Part shown: positions 1 to 15,110 of the stretch, in pieces | How the letters are laid out: every line of letters starts with the position of its first letter | Numbering within the stretch: position 1 is the first letter of the stretch | Origin: the human T2T-CHM13v2.0 reference genome, Homo sapiens | NCBI RefSeq assembly: GCF_009914755.1 | Contig: NC_060926.1 | Length of the DNA: 64,000 bases | Strand: one strand, 5' to 3' | Notes under the pieces: generated by a model | Database searches by the model: none | What the model saw: the letters and a program-made list of their open reading frames with translations, nothing else | What the model was told of the DNA's origin: nothing | Made by a program: the position numbers and the translations under genes

Positions 1-518
<518 letters not shown>

Positions 519-1050
519 GTCCCCAGCACTGAGGACAGTGGTTGCCAAGTTATCCTCCCCTACAGCTTTGTCCATTGACATGTCTGCAGAGCACAATGAC
601 AGTGACTGTTCCCCAGACCTTACCATCGGGGCTATTACCAAACTTTTCAGTCCTTGCTTATAAGACTTTTTTATTTTTTTGCTTGAATTTGCAAGTTTTT
701 AATTATCAGTGAGGTTGAGTATGTCTCATATGCTTGTGACCAAGTGTATTCTTTTTTTCTGAAGTAACATTCATATCCTTCATCATTTTTCCACTTTTTT
801 TTATCTCATTGATTGAAAAGTTTCTTTGATAAGGTCCTTTGCATATTGAGAACAAAGGTCACCATTGTTTCTATGGGTGAAGAGGCCTCAAGCTTAGTGG
901 GGTGGGCACTTAAGAAGTGTGAACATTTATGCGCTTTGACCCACTTGCAATAATTTATTCTCCAAAAACAACTGAAAGTTCAACAGAAGGCAAGAGCTGT
1001 GTGTCCAGTGGTATTCATTTAAAAAGAAAAAAAAAAAAAGCAAAGGAAAC

Positions 1051-1180
1051 AGGCTGGGTGGGGTGGCTTATGCATTTGGCAGGCTGAGGCAGGAGGATGG
1101 CTTGAGCCCAGCAGTTTGAGACTAGGCTGGGAAGCACGGTGAGACCTCGTCTCTACAAAAAATTTAAAAACTTTTAAAAA
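1051..1180 (+). mobile_element. Alu monomer (FLAM/AluJ left arm)
   Basis: ggctgggtggggtggc...gagacctcgtctctacaaaaaa. Confidence 0.8.
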
Positions 1181-2809
1181 ACAGGAAACAACCAACCCCT
1201 ACAGTTGAGAATTATTTTGGGATGATATGCACCATGGAAAATGCTTCCGATACAATATTGAGTGAAATAAGCCAAATGCAAACTCGCTACATGAGAATAA
1301 CAGCCACAGAGAAATATGCAAATTTCCTCATGCAAATAGCCTCTTCCCGGAAAAGAATATGGAAAAATAGAAACAGCGATGTGTAACAGGTGGAGTTGCA
1401 GGAGACCCTTTTACCAATAAACTTAATCAGGAGATAATGTGCCCAGAGGTGGAGAGGGATGGAAGCAAGTGGGCAGAGGTGCACGTGTCCTCTGAGAGAA
1501 GGTATTCACTGGACATTACCCCATGTACTGGAAAGGAGCCCTCCTTCCTATCCGGGTGCCCCAGCATCAGTCACAGGGCACAACTATGTCATGTTTGTCG
1601 TGGCTGTCTCTGATTTTTTTCTGTTTTTCTTAACATTTTTCTTTGGATGTCATCTGATCCTTCTTTTTACTTTTCACATCACAAATACCAGTACAATTAA
1701 TAAAATAAAAATATTTTCATCAGAGTACTCTGTAATTATTACATCACCCCCAGAAGTGCACACGCCAGGGTCTGGGGAATGCAAGAGACTAAAGGAACTA
1801 CATGTTGGCTTGACACTTTTGTTCTGCTGAATGAGCTCAGTTTAGATGGTGCTCAAGCCAACAGAGGAGCTTCCTGGACACAGCCTGTTTGCGGCTTTGC
1901 CCTGAGCCCCCTGCCAGGTCAGCAAGACTGCAAATGCCTGGAGCCACACTGAGCAGATGCTGGGCCTCCGGCTCGGCAGGGCTGTCAGCAATGGACACTG
2001 GGTGGAGAGCCTGGTGTTAGAGGCCACTGACTACTGATGATGATTTAGCAAAGTACAAGAAATGGTTTCTTTCCAGAGTCTCTTACCCAAAATTAAGCAG
2101 TGGGTAAGATAAATATTCTTAGGAATGAACCTCCTGGATAAAAGCACCAGCTCTGGGAGAACTCTGACAAGCAAATGGCAAAGGTGCTGGGTGACAACCA
2201 TGGCCCCTAAGCCTGGTTGCAGCTCCCCAGCTTCCAGAGTACACCTACTCTCTAGCTGGAAAAACTTAAGAAATCGTTACTACTGGAAGTGGGGGTATGA
2301 GTCTCCACTTTACATTTCCACGTTCCCACGTTATCTGCCTGGCTGCTCTCCAGAGAGTGGGTGGACATGGAGAAACAGGAGCACAGCATTCAAAAGGGAT
2401 CATCTCAAATCCAAGGTTATCCATGGACATGACTTACCTTTTCTTTGGGTTAGCACACACTGTTTCATTGTCAGAGATATTAAAAATAGGATCGGGGAAA
2501 GAGGGGCCTAGTTTGCTAGTTTGCATGGCAGCAACAGTGAGCACAAGCTCGTGACTTTCTGCTCACAGCAGTTGCTGTGGTTGGTTCCTTGACAACTCAG
2601 AGGTTGACTGTGTGCTCACACCATGGGCACCTCACACACAGATGTGAGTGTCTCAGGCAGGCAAGCGCTGCCTGTTGTTCCTGAGTTCCATGTTGATCTC
2701 AGACCATATCTTCATGCCTGCTCTCACTCCCCATCTTAGCTCTAGGTCAAATGTCTGGTATGTTGTCTAGGCCCCTGATTCTCTCCCGAACATGCGGATG
2801 CCACACTAG

Positions 2810-3262
2810 ACATTTGACCTGGGGATCAGAAGTCCCGCATGCATCTCACTTGACTAACTCAAGGAATCAGCAAGACTGCTTTCCTTCTGGGGTCTCTAGG
2901 GGAGAATCTGTATCCTGTGTCTTCCAGCTTCCAGTGGCTGCAGCAGTCCTTGGCCTGTGGCCCCTTCCTCCATCTTCAAAGCTAGCTGCATAGCATCTTT
3001 AAATCTCTCTCTGACCTTGCTTCCGTCATCGTCTCTCCTCTGACTGACTTTCTTCCTCCCTCTTCCACATTTGAGGACCCTTGTGATTCCACTGGGCCAA
3101 CCTGAGTCACCAGTATACCCTCCTTATCTGGGATCAGCTAGTTGGCAACCTTAATCTTACCTGCAACCTTGATTTCCCCTTTGTTATATAAACCACTATA
3201 GTCACAGATTCCAGCAATTGTGACAGGGACATCTCTGAGGGGCCATTAATTTGCCCACCATA
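2810..3262 (-). mobile_element. MLT1-family MaLR LTR
   Basis: ccagcttccagtggctg...gtggccccttcctccatcttcaaagc...gggacatctctgagggggccatta are typical of reverse-oriented MLT1. Confidence 0.7.
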
Positions 3263-4849
3263 GATGTTAATTAATATTACATGAATAAAAGGAATGGAGT
3301 TTTCTGTTAAAGAGTTTTATTTTCAAAGGGACATACAGCTGTTGATACATGAAGGTATACTATATCTTTCCAAAAGAGGAATCTCATAGTCAGAGTTCTC
3401 CAAAGTGATGTCACCACAGAACCTCCTTCCACAGAGTTGCTCCCAGGCCCAACTGTTGGGAAACACTGTGACAAAGCTAGAGTGCTCCAGGTTTTCAACG
3501 AGGCACTTACAAGGTTCCCTCATGATAGCTCTGTGTGTGACAAGGAGAAACGCGCTGGATGACTTTATTATTAAGTGGACTTTCAACTATTCGAGAGCCA
3601 GTAAACAGAACGATGGCAACCTGGGAGCAGGGTCTACAGTGCGTGCCATGGGGCTTCCTCCTTGTCCAAGGGATGAATGAGGACTTTCTCATTCACTTAA
3701 GTATTTTCAGTTAGTGCAAACAGTAGGCTGTGAATGCTCTGGGTAACTAGGATCTTGACAAGCTTGGGAGACCATGGCAGTGCTCTGGGCCCGCAGCACC
3801 ACTGAGCATAGTGTAACTCACCCACCTCTAAAGCCTTTGCCCTTAGATGGTGTCCTGCCAAGCGGCTCTTTTGGGAAGAGTTTAACACTTGCTTGGCTCG
3901 TGTGGGGTGGTTAGCTGGGTGGATCACTTCCACCTCTGAAGGCTCAAGCCCTGCTAAGGAGCCCAAATCTTTCATGCTTTTAAAGCCTTTTACTTAGGAG
4001 GAAAAAATGCTAGAAGATGAGCTAACCTGGTACTTTAGAATCACTTCAGTTGTAACTGGGATCTTTCTCCAAGCCCAAGATGTGAGTGTTCCCATATCTC
4101 AGTCCCAGAAGCCCCAATAGTGGACTGCATACTTTCTGCCCAAATGACAAGCTCCCATCGACTGAGCGTCATCATAGTTTAACCTGTGTTTAAAAGCAGA
4201 TTCTTTGCCAGGCATTCTAGGGCACTGAAAAACTGTGATGAGCAATGCAGACTACCTACCTGGAGTGCATTGCAGTTTCTGGGGTCACTGGTGACCCAGG
4301 CCCTCACAGTGTCCTCCCACCCAGCCACCCCCACTTGCTGACATACCTCCCACCCACCCGGCAGCAACCGTGCCAGCCTCAGATGGGAATCGAGGGTGTG
4401 CCCATCAGGGCTGCCCACTTTTCTTGCAGCTGAGAGGAGTCAAGTGACTTAGTTCTGGTCTCCTAGGGAAGTGGTTTCTTCCACACAAGACAGGCTTGCA
4501 AGGCGGCCTGTGTTCCTTCTACTTCCTGGTGGAGTGCAGCCATCTGCGGCCATGAAACAACCAGTCTCAGGACAAGATGGCTTCCAGCTGCTCCCTGCCA
4601 AGCAGGAAGAAGGAAACACACAAGGTGCTGGTGGCCTTGGGCAGCTGAACACACCCAGGGATGTCTGCTTCCAGCTTCCTTGTTTAGGGCGGCTGAGTGG
4701 CTGGGGGAGCTACACAGACCTGCGGGGGTTTAGGGCTGCAGCCAATGCGCCCTGGCTGGGGTCTCCCTTCGGACCCACACCCACCCTGGCCACCTGCCTG
4801 AAACCCAGGAGGTTGGCTGGGGAACCTCCAGGGTGTACAGTTACACGCT

Positions 4850-5765
4850 GTACTCTGGGGTGGCGGACAGGGGGTCACTTGCACTCTGTCCCCAGGGTAC
4901 CCGTGCAGTCCCTGCCCTTCCGGCCCGCGGTGGGAGTGTGCTGCAGCCTCGGGCGCTGATCTGCAGCCTGTCACCTGCGCCAACGCCCCTTAACGCCCTT
5001 CTTCTCATCCCCATTTTCCGGTGCCCACCAGTCCCCTCGTGCTGACAGACGACTCAGCGTGTCTCCCCAGAGCTGCTCTGCGAACTGCACCCGTGGAGGA
5101 GCCCATACTTTCTGAACAGCCGCTTTGATCTACTTAAGCACTGCCGTGTTTTCATAGCTATGGCCCAGCTATATCATAGGACATATATCCTATGTCATAG
5201 CATAGCGGTGACAGCAGCAGGCGGCGTTGGGGCGGGGCGGGGCCAGAGTGACAGGCAGCCCTGCGGGCCCCTGGCCCCTCCCCACAGCCCCTGAGACTTG
5301 TGCGGCCCGCAGGAATCTTCTGGCGGCCACCCGGTTCGCCGGCAGCACTGTATCAGTTTCTACATGGCTCCTCTCCCAGCCCCTTACGTGGCTTATTTCG
5401 TGTCAATTCTAGGGAGGTTCTACCGTTTCCGTTCGCCGGGGGTCTGGAACGCGCACGGGCCCTGGGCGAGCCTCCCTGAGCGCCGCCACGTCCGCCTTCG
5501 TCGTCCTCCCAACCGGACCCCGCACCCCCGCCCTCCCTAGCGCTGTGCTGGACGCTTCTCTGTGAGGAGAGTCCCTCGCCCCTTCTTCAGATTTGGGAAT
5601 GGACTCTCGGGCACCTGAAGCGCCTGCTCAGGATCAGGCCGGCACCTGGACATGAATCCCAAACAGAAAGCCTGAGCCCTGCCTGGCGCTTTCGCGGCTG
5701 CTGGCACGGCTGCGCAGAAACGCCAGCGTCCCTGGACCGAGCGCGGGGAGGGGCAGGCTTCCAGC
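4850..5765. promoter_or_regulatory. CpG island-like GC-rich segment with tandem GC boxes
   Basis: High CpG density by eye; ggggcggggcggggcc at ~5229-5244; no associated gene recognised. Confidence 0.6.
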
Positions 5766-5986
5766 AGCGCTGTCCACTGGGAAGAAGACACAACCCACAT
5801 TTTTAGATTTTCCAGTTTCCACGTTGAAAAAGCAAAAAGACATGAGATTGATTTGTGACCCAGTGTATCAAAAATATTATTTAACCGATTAATCAATATG
5901 AACAATTGTTCATTAGATATTTTACTTGTTTTTAGGACTACGTTTTCAAAATCCGGTGAGAATTTTATACTCACAGCACATCTCAG
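5765..5986 (+). mobile_element. MER33-like hAT-Charlie fossil
   Basis: cagcgctgtcca terminus; ...aaatccggtgagaattttatactcacagcacatctca matches MER33 as recalled. Confidence 0.7.
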
Positions 5987-6297
5987 CGCTGCAGCTCACG
6001 CAGGGGCGCCTCCAGCGTCAGGCTTTCTGGGCTCCTGGCTGCGTGCTGCTGGGCACGTTGCTTAATATGGCAAAGTCCCCATTTTTCTCATCCAGAAAAC
6101 GGAGATCAAAGTACAGGTGCCAATTTCATAGGACTACAGTGAAGATCAAATGAGAGAGCTCAGCCAAGAATATAAGACCCATGCATGGTCTGTGGAAGTC
6201 TCGTGGTCTTTAAGGTAATTTGCATGATTTGGGGATTCTGAAAGATTTTGGAGTCAGGACAGATAGATTACAGCACCACTCTGCCACTCACCAATCA

Positions 6298-6687
<390 letters not shown>

Positions 6688-6750
6688 TTAAAACACCCGT
6701 GTCAGGGGCCCACCAACAAATATTCTCTCCAAAAAGATACACTTTGTGGC

Positions 6751-7057
6751 TTTTTTTTTTTTTTTTTTTTTTTTTTTTGAGACAGAGTCTCGCTCTGTCG
6801 CCCAGGCTGGAGAGCAGTGGCACCATCTTACTGAAACCTCTGCCTCCCGGGCTCAAGCAGTCCTCCCACCTCAGCCTCCCAAGTAGCTGGGACTACAGGC
6901 ACACACTACCACGCCCAACTAATTTTTTTATTTTTTTTGTAGAGACAGGGTTTCACCATGTTGCCCAGGCTGGTCTCAAACTCCCAGGCTCAAGCAATTT
7001 GCTGGCCTCGGCCTCCCAAAGTGCTGAGATTACAGGCATGAGCCACTGCACCTGGCC
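6751..7057 (-). mobile_element. Alu (AluJ-like)
   Basis: Poly(T) followed by antisense dimer. Confidence 0.95.
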
Positions 7058-7889
7058 TTACCTTATGGCTTTTCAAAATCAGGTCATGGCCAAAAATCAG
7101 TTTTAAAACTAAAGAGTTGGGAGTTTCCTTGGTTATCTCCAATCTCATCTCACTTCTAACTGATGGCAGGAACGGGGGTCTGCCCTGACCCAGGGTCCTC
7201 CCATTTAGGACCGTCTTGGATCCGTCTCCTTAAGTCTTGGCCTAGCCTTCTCCTTAAGATTTTGATGACACAATCATTGGTTTCCCTGCAGCAGTCAGAT
7301 GTGGCTTCCCTTTTACAGAACAGTCAGGTAGGGTGCCCAGCTGGTGTTCTGGCCTCCACGGGCAGGCAGCAGGGAGGGTTTCCAGGTGGCCCAGGGCTTA
7401 TCACAGCTTCACTCCTCAGACCATCAACAAATGCCTGAGATGACACATTTCATTGGCATTTCTTCTCTCTTAAGTCTTCTGTAGCACTTCCCAGTTTACA
7501 AAGCACCTCCTCCGCAGGCTTTCTCCAGCTACACAACTTTAGATCAAGTCACAGGAACCTGAAGGACACCACAGGTGCTTCCAGCAAGGGCATCTGGAAG
7601 GCCTGTGGTCCGCGGTGGCTCAGGAAGGTAAGTGCGTTCTGACACCCACTAGCCTGCTCACCTGGGCCTTCCTAGCCCAGGTTCCTCACCTGTGAACAAG
7701 GACAGTGGGAGCAGTTCCTTACAGGACTCTAATGAGAGCTGTTGAGGAGATACATCCCTAGCAAGGCAGAGTCCTCTCCACAAAACAGAAAAGGAAGAAG
7801 GCAGTTTCGTTAATGACTAAGCATATCTAACTACAGTGTGTTGCAGCTCACCTGTGAAGAGAGCACACACAGACAGAAAACCCAGCAAC

Positions 7890-8186
7890 TTTTTTTTTTT
7901 TTTTTGAGATGGAGTCTCACTCTGTCACCCAGGCTGGAGTGCAGTGGCATGATCTTGGCTCACTGCAAGCTCCGCCTCCCGGGTTCACACCACTCTCCTG
8001 CCTCAGCCTCCCAATTACCTGGGACTACAGGTGCCCGCCACCACGCCCAGCTAATTTTTTGTATTTTTAGTAGAGATGGGGTTTCACCATGTTGGCCAGG
8101 ATGGTCTCGATCTCCTGACCTCGTGATCTGCCCGCCTTGGCCTCCCAAAGTGTTGGGATTACAGGCATGAGCCACCGCACCCGGCC
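7890..8186 (-). mobile_element. Alu (AluY-like)
   Basis: Antisense dimer. Confidence 0.95.
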
Positions 8187-8223
8187 CTAAGTGTTTAGCT
8201 TTTAAAAATTCCTTGTGAAATCT

Positions 8224-8520
<297 letters not shown>

Positions 8521-8648
8521 ATCCTTGTGAAATGTATGTTTGTTAATGGTGAAAAACAGAGCTGCCAAATTATTTTTTTCCACCTTTTTAATCAGTTCTC
8601 TAAACACCAATCTATTCCCTTTTCCCACCCATTCAAAACATCCCATAA

Positions 8649-9039
<391 letters not shown>

Positions 9040-9055
9040 AGATTAGATTTTTTTA

Positions 9056-9401
<346 letters not shown>

Positions 9402-9497
9402 TTAGATACAAAGACATTCAAAGTAAAATGATGGAAAAAGATATTACATTACAAAGGTAAACAATGGAAAAAGATAGCTGATAGAAAAAGCTGAGTA

Positions 9498-9815
<318 letters not shown>

Positions 9816-10545
9816 TCAGACAAAATAGATTTTAAATCAAAAAGATTACAAGACACAAAGACTCATTTGATAAAAGTTTCAACCCACCAAAAAGATATAG
9901 TTATAAAATATAAACACCTAGCAGCAGAGCCCCAAAATATATGAAACAAAAATCAACAGAATTGAAGGAAAAAAACAGACAATGCTATAATAGTTGGAGA
10001 CTTCAATACCTCATTTAAAATAATGGATAGCACAACTAGAGAGAAGATCAATACAGAAACAGAGGCCTGAACAACATTCTAATTGATTAGACATAACAGA
10101 ACACTCCACTCAACAATAGCAGAATATACATTTTTTCTCATGTCAATTCTACAGAACAAACCACAAAAAGATAATAAATTTTAAAACATTGAAATCACAA
10201 AGTATTTTGTCTGATTACAGTGGAATGAAACTAGAACTCATTCTTAGAAGGAAAACTCACAAATATGTGGAAATTAAACAACATAAACAACCAGTGGGTC
10301 AAAGAAAAAGTCACTACAGAAATTAGAAAACCCCTCCATACTAATGAAAAAGAAAACACAAAGTACCAAAACTTCTGGGATGTAATGAAAGCAGGGCTAA
10401 GAGGGAAATGTAAGCTGTAAATGCCTACATTATGAAAGAAGAAAGATTACAAATCAGCAATTTAATTATATATTTTTAGAAACTAAAAAAAAAAGAGAAC
10501 AAACTAAACCCAAGCAGAAGGAAGGAAATAATAAAGATTAGAGTG

Positions 10546-10842
10546 GGCCGGGCGCGGTGGCTCACGCCTGTAATCCCAGCAACTTTGGGAGGCCAAGACA
10601 GGCAGATCTTGAGGTCAGGAGATCGAGACTATCCTGGCTAACACGGTGAAACCCCGTCTCTACTAAAAATACAAAAAATTAGCCAGGCGTGGTGGCAGGC
10701 TACTCAGGCTACTCAGGAGGCAGAGGCAGGAGAATGGCGTGAACTCGGGAGGCGGAGCTTGCAGTGAGACGAGATCGCACCACGGCATTCCAGCCTGGGC
10801 AACAGAGCAAGACTCTGTCTCAAAAAAAAAAAAAAAAAAAAA
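10546..10842 (+). mobile_element. Alu (AluY-like)
   Basis: TSD aaagattagagtg; small internal ggctactca duplication/deletion. Confidence 0.95.
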
Positions 10843-12324
10843 GATTAGAGTGAAGATTAATGAAATAGTGAATAGGAAAACAATAGAAAAATCAATGAAA
10901 CCAAAAGTTGGTTATTTGAAAAGATTAACAAAATTGGCAAATCTGTAGCTATATTTACTAAGAAAAAAATAGGATAAATTACTGAAATCATAAACGAAAG
11001 AAGAGACATTGTTCCTGATAATACAGAAATTGATAGATTAGAATATAATGAACAACTGCATGCCTACACACTGGATAACCCAGTGAAATAGGCAAATTCC
11101 TAGAAATGTACAAATCTACCAAAACCAATGTGAAAAGAGTTAGAAAATGTGAATAGACCTATAAAAAGTAAGAAGGTTGAATCAGTAAGTCAAAAACCTC
11201 CCAACAAAGAGAAGCCCAGGAGAAATGGCTTTACTTTTAAATTATACCAAACATTTATGTGAGAATTAACACCAGTCCTTCTCACAATCTTTCAAAACAA
11301 TGAAAAGGAGGGAACATTTCCAAATTCATCTTATGAAGCCAGCATTATCCTAATACCACAGTCAGACAGAGACACTATACTGTCTGACTGTGGAGACATG
11401 AATGAAATGAAAACTACAGACCAATGTCTTTTAGGAACTTTGATGCAAAAATCCTCAACAAAATGCTAGCAAATTCAGCAGCATAATAAAAGGATTAAAA
11501 ACCATGACAAAATGGAATTTATCCCTGGAATGAAAAGGTGGCCCAGTATGTGAAAATCAAGCAATCACTCCCATATTAACAGGATAAAGCAGGGGACCAT
11601 GAACAGAATGCAGAAAAAAAGCATTTGAAAAAAAATCCAACTCCCTTTCGTGATAAAAAACATTAAATTAGGAACAGAAAGGAATGTCCGCAACATAAAG
11701 TCCACATACAAAAAACAGTTAACATCATACTTAATGGTGAAAGACCAAAAAATTTCCCTGTACAATCAGGATGAGGACAATGAAACCCACTTTCACCACT
11801 TCTATTCAACATAGTCCTGAAAGTTACGGCTAGAGCAATTAGGGGAAAAAGGGAAATAAAAGATAACCAATTTGTCGGGGAAGAAGTAAAAGTATCTCTC
11901 TTCACAGATGACATATGTAGAAAACCCTAGAATTACTTTCACATGAGCGCGCACACACACACAGGGCTAAGTAAACTAAATCAGCAAAACCAACACCCAT
12001 AAATGAGTTGTATTTCTACACACTAGCAATAAGCAATCTGAAAAGGAAATTTAAAAAACAATTTCATTTACAGTAACACCACAAAAGTTAAAATAGGAAT
12101 AAATTAAACCAAGGAGGCAGAAGACTGGTACTCTGAAAAGTACAAAAGAGTGCTGAAAGAAATGAGAGAAGACTTGAATGAATGGAAAGATATTCTGTGT
12201 TCACGGATGGGAAAACTCGATATAGTTAAGATGACAATACTACCCAATGTGATCTAAAAATTCTGTGTAATCTCTATCCAAATCTTAATGGCATTTTTTT
12301 GCAGCTTAGAAAAAATCCATTCTA

Positions 12325-12623
12325 GGCCGGGCGTGGTGGCTCACGCCTGTAATCCCAGCATTTGGGAGGCTGAGGCGTGTGGATCATGAGGTCAGGAGAT
12401 CAAGACCATCCTGGCTAATACACTGAAACCCTGTCTCTACTAAAAATACAAAAAATTAGCCGGGCGTGGTGGCGGGTGCCTGTAGTCCCAGCTACTCAGG
12501 AGGCTGAGGCAGGAGAATGGCGTGAACCTGGGGGGCAGAACTTGCAGTAAGCCGAGATCCTGCCACTGTACTGCAGCCTGGGCGACAGAGCAAGACTCCT
12601 CCGTCTCAAAAAAAAAAAAAAAA
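12325..12623 (+). mobile_element. Alu (AluY-like)
   Basis: TSD aaaaatccattct. Confidence 0.95.
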
Positions 12624-13650
12624 GAAAAATCCATTCTGAAATTCATTTGGAATTTCAAAGGACCCTGATTAGCTAAAACAATCTTGGAAAACTTGGAGGA
12701 TCCACATTTCTTGATTTCAAAACTTACTACAAAACTACAGTAATCAAAAGTGTGGTACTGGCATAAGGACAGAAATATAGACCAATGAAATAGAATACAA
12801 AGCCCAGCAATAAACCCTCACATTGATTTTCAACTGATTTTCTACTATACTGTCAAGACCATTGAATGGGAACAGTCTTACTAACAAATGGTACTGAGAA
12901 AACTAGATATCCATATGCAAAAAAATGAAATTGGACCCTTACCTCACCTCACATACAAATATCAACTCAAAACATATCAAAGACCTAAACGTAAAAGCTA
13001 AAACTACAAAATTCTTAGGAAAAAATAGGAAAGAATCCTCATGACTTGAATTTGGCAATAATTGCTTAAACATGACCACAAAAGCATGGCAGCAAAAGAA
13101 AAAATAGATAAATCAGATTCCATCAAAATTTAAACATTAGTGCATAAAAGGAAACTACAGTATCAACAGAGTAAAAAGATAATTCATGGAATGGCAGAAA
13201 GTTTCAAATCATGTATCTGTTAAGTGATTAATATCTGGAATATACAAAAATTCCTACAGCTGAACAAAAAAATTCAACCAAATTAACACTGGGCAAGGGA
13301 TTTGCATAGACGTTTCTCCAAAGAAGATATACAAATAGACAACAAGCACATGAAAAGATGCCCAACATCATCAGTCACTAGGGAAATACAAACCTAAATC
13401 ACACTGAGTTACCACTTCATATTCACTGGGATGGCTATTACAAAAATTAAAATAATGGGAAAAGGAAAATAACAAGATAACAGTGTTGGTGAGGACATGG
13501 AGAAACTGGAACCTGCATGCAATGTTGATAGAAGTTTAAAATGGTGCAGCCACTGTGGAAAATAGTTTGGCCATTCCTTAAAAAGCTGAACATAGAATTA
13601 CTCTGTGACCCAGAAATCTCACTCCTAGGTATGTACTCAAAAGAACTAAG

Positions 13651-13812
13651 TTGGATGTGGTGACACATACCTGTAATCTCAGCTACTCAGGAGGCTAAGA
13701 CAGGAGGATGGCTTGAGCCCAGGAGTTTGAGACCAGCCTGGGCAATATAATGAGACCCTATCTCTAAAAAAAAAAAAAAAAAAAAAAAAAGAAAGAAAGA
13801 AAAAAAGAAAAA
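13651..13812 (+). mobile_element. Alu monomer (FLAM/FRAM) with long A-rich tail
   Basis: cctgtaatctcagctactcaggaggc...gagaccctatctctaaaaaa. Confidence 0.85.
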
Positions 13813-14319
13813 ACTGAAGAAGATACTTGTACACCAATGTTCATAGCAGCATTATTCATGATAGCTAAGAGATAGAAACAACCCAAATGTCTATCAACAG
13901 ATGAATGGGTAAACAAAATGTGGTATAGCCATACAATGGAGTATTATTCAGCCTTTAAAAAGGAAGAAATTCTGACACATTGCTACGGATGAATCTTGAA
14001 GGCATTATGTTAAGTGAAATAAGCCAATCACAAAAGGACAAATATTGCATGATTCCATTTATATGAGGTATCTAGAATAGGCAAATTCATAGAAACAGAA
14101 AGTAGAATAGAGGCTACCTAGGGATGGGGAGAGCATAGAATAGGGTTTAGTGCTTAATGAATACAGAGCTACTGTTTGAGGTTATGAAAAAGTTCCAGAA
14201 ATAGTGGTGATAGGTGCACCACATTTGAATGTACTTAATGCCACTGAATTCTGCACTTTAAAATAAATTGAAATTTACACTTAAATTTAGGTCTTTGATC
14301 CATTTTGAGTTAATCCTTT

Positions 14320-15110
14320 TCTCAGCAACTGATAAAACAATGATGCAGAAAATCAGCAAGGAGAGAACATCAGAGCAACACAATCAACCAACAGAACCAC
14401 TGCACGCAACAATAGCAAGCTACAAGTTATTTTCAAACATCTATGAAACATCCACCAAGGCCGACATTGTCCTGTGCCATAAAACAAGTCTCAACAAAAT
14501 TTAAAGTACAGAAATCTGCAGAGTACATTCCCTGACCATGGAATAAAACCATAAATCTATGACAGAAAGAAAACAGAAAAACTCCAATCATGTAAAAAGT
14601 AAGCAACATACTTCTAAATAATCCATAGGTGAAAAGGGAAATCTCAAAGGAAATTAAAAATACATGGAACTGAGTGAAAATTAAAATAGAACATATCAAA
14701 ATATGTGGGATATACCAAAAGCAGTGTTGAGATTCTTATATCACTGAATGCTTGAATTAATTAAAGAGAAAAATTGTCCAGTCAACAATCAAAGTCCCTA
14801 CTCAAGAAACTAGGAAAAGGAAAACAAAATAAAGTAAACATGGGAGGGAAATAATGAAGAGGAGAAATTTTCATCTTACTGATTTCTCCTCTTCATTATT
14901 TCCCATTTTCTCCTCTTCATTATTTCCCTCCCATGCTTGCTTTTTGTGTTTTCTACTGTTCTAGTAAAGAAAAGTTAAAAAAGAAAAAAGCAATTAACAA
15001 ATCTGTTTTAAAAGCTGACAAAAGAGAAAAGACACAAATTACCCATGTCAGGAATGAAGCCGAGCCATGACTGCTGCTCCCGCCGCCACTGAACAGCTAA
15101 TAAGGGAATA
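14320..15110 (+). mobile_element. Second L1M ORF2 fragment (endonuclease-proximal region)
   Basis: gccataaaacaagtctcaacaaaatttaaa, cttctaaataatccatag, aaagacacaaattacc. Confidence 0.75.
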
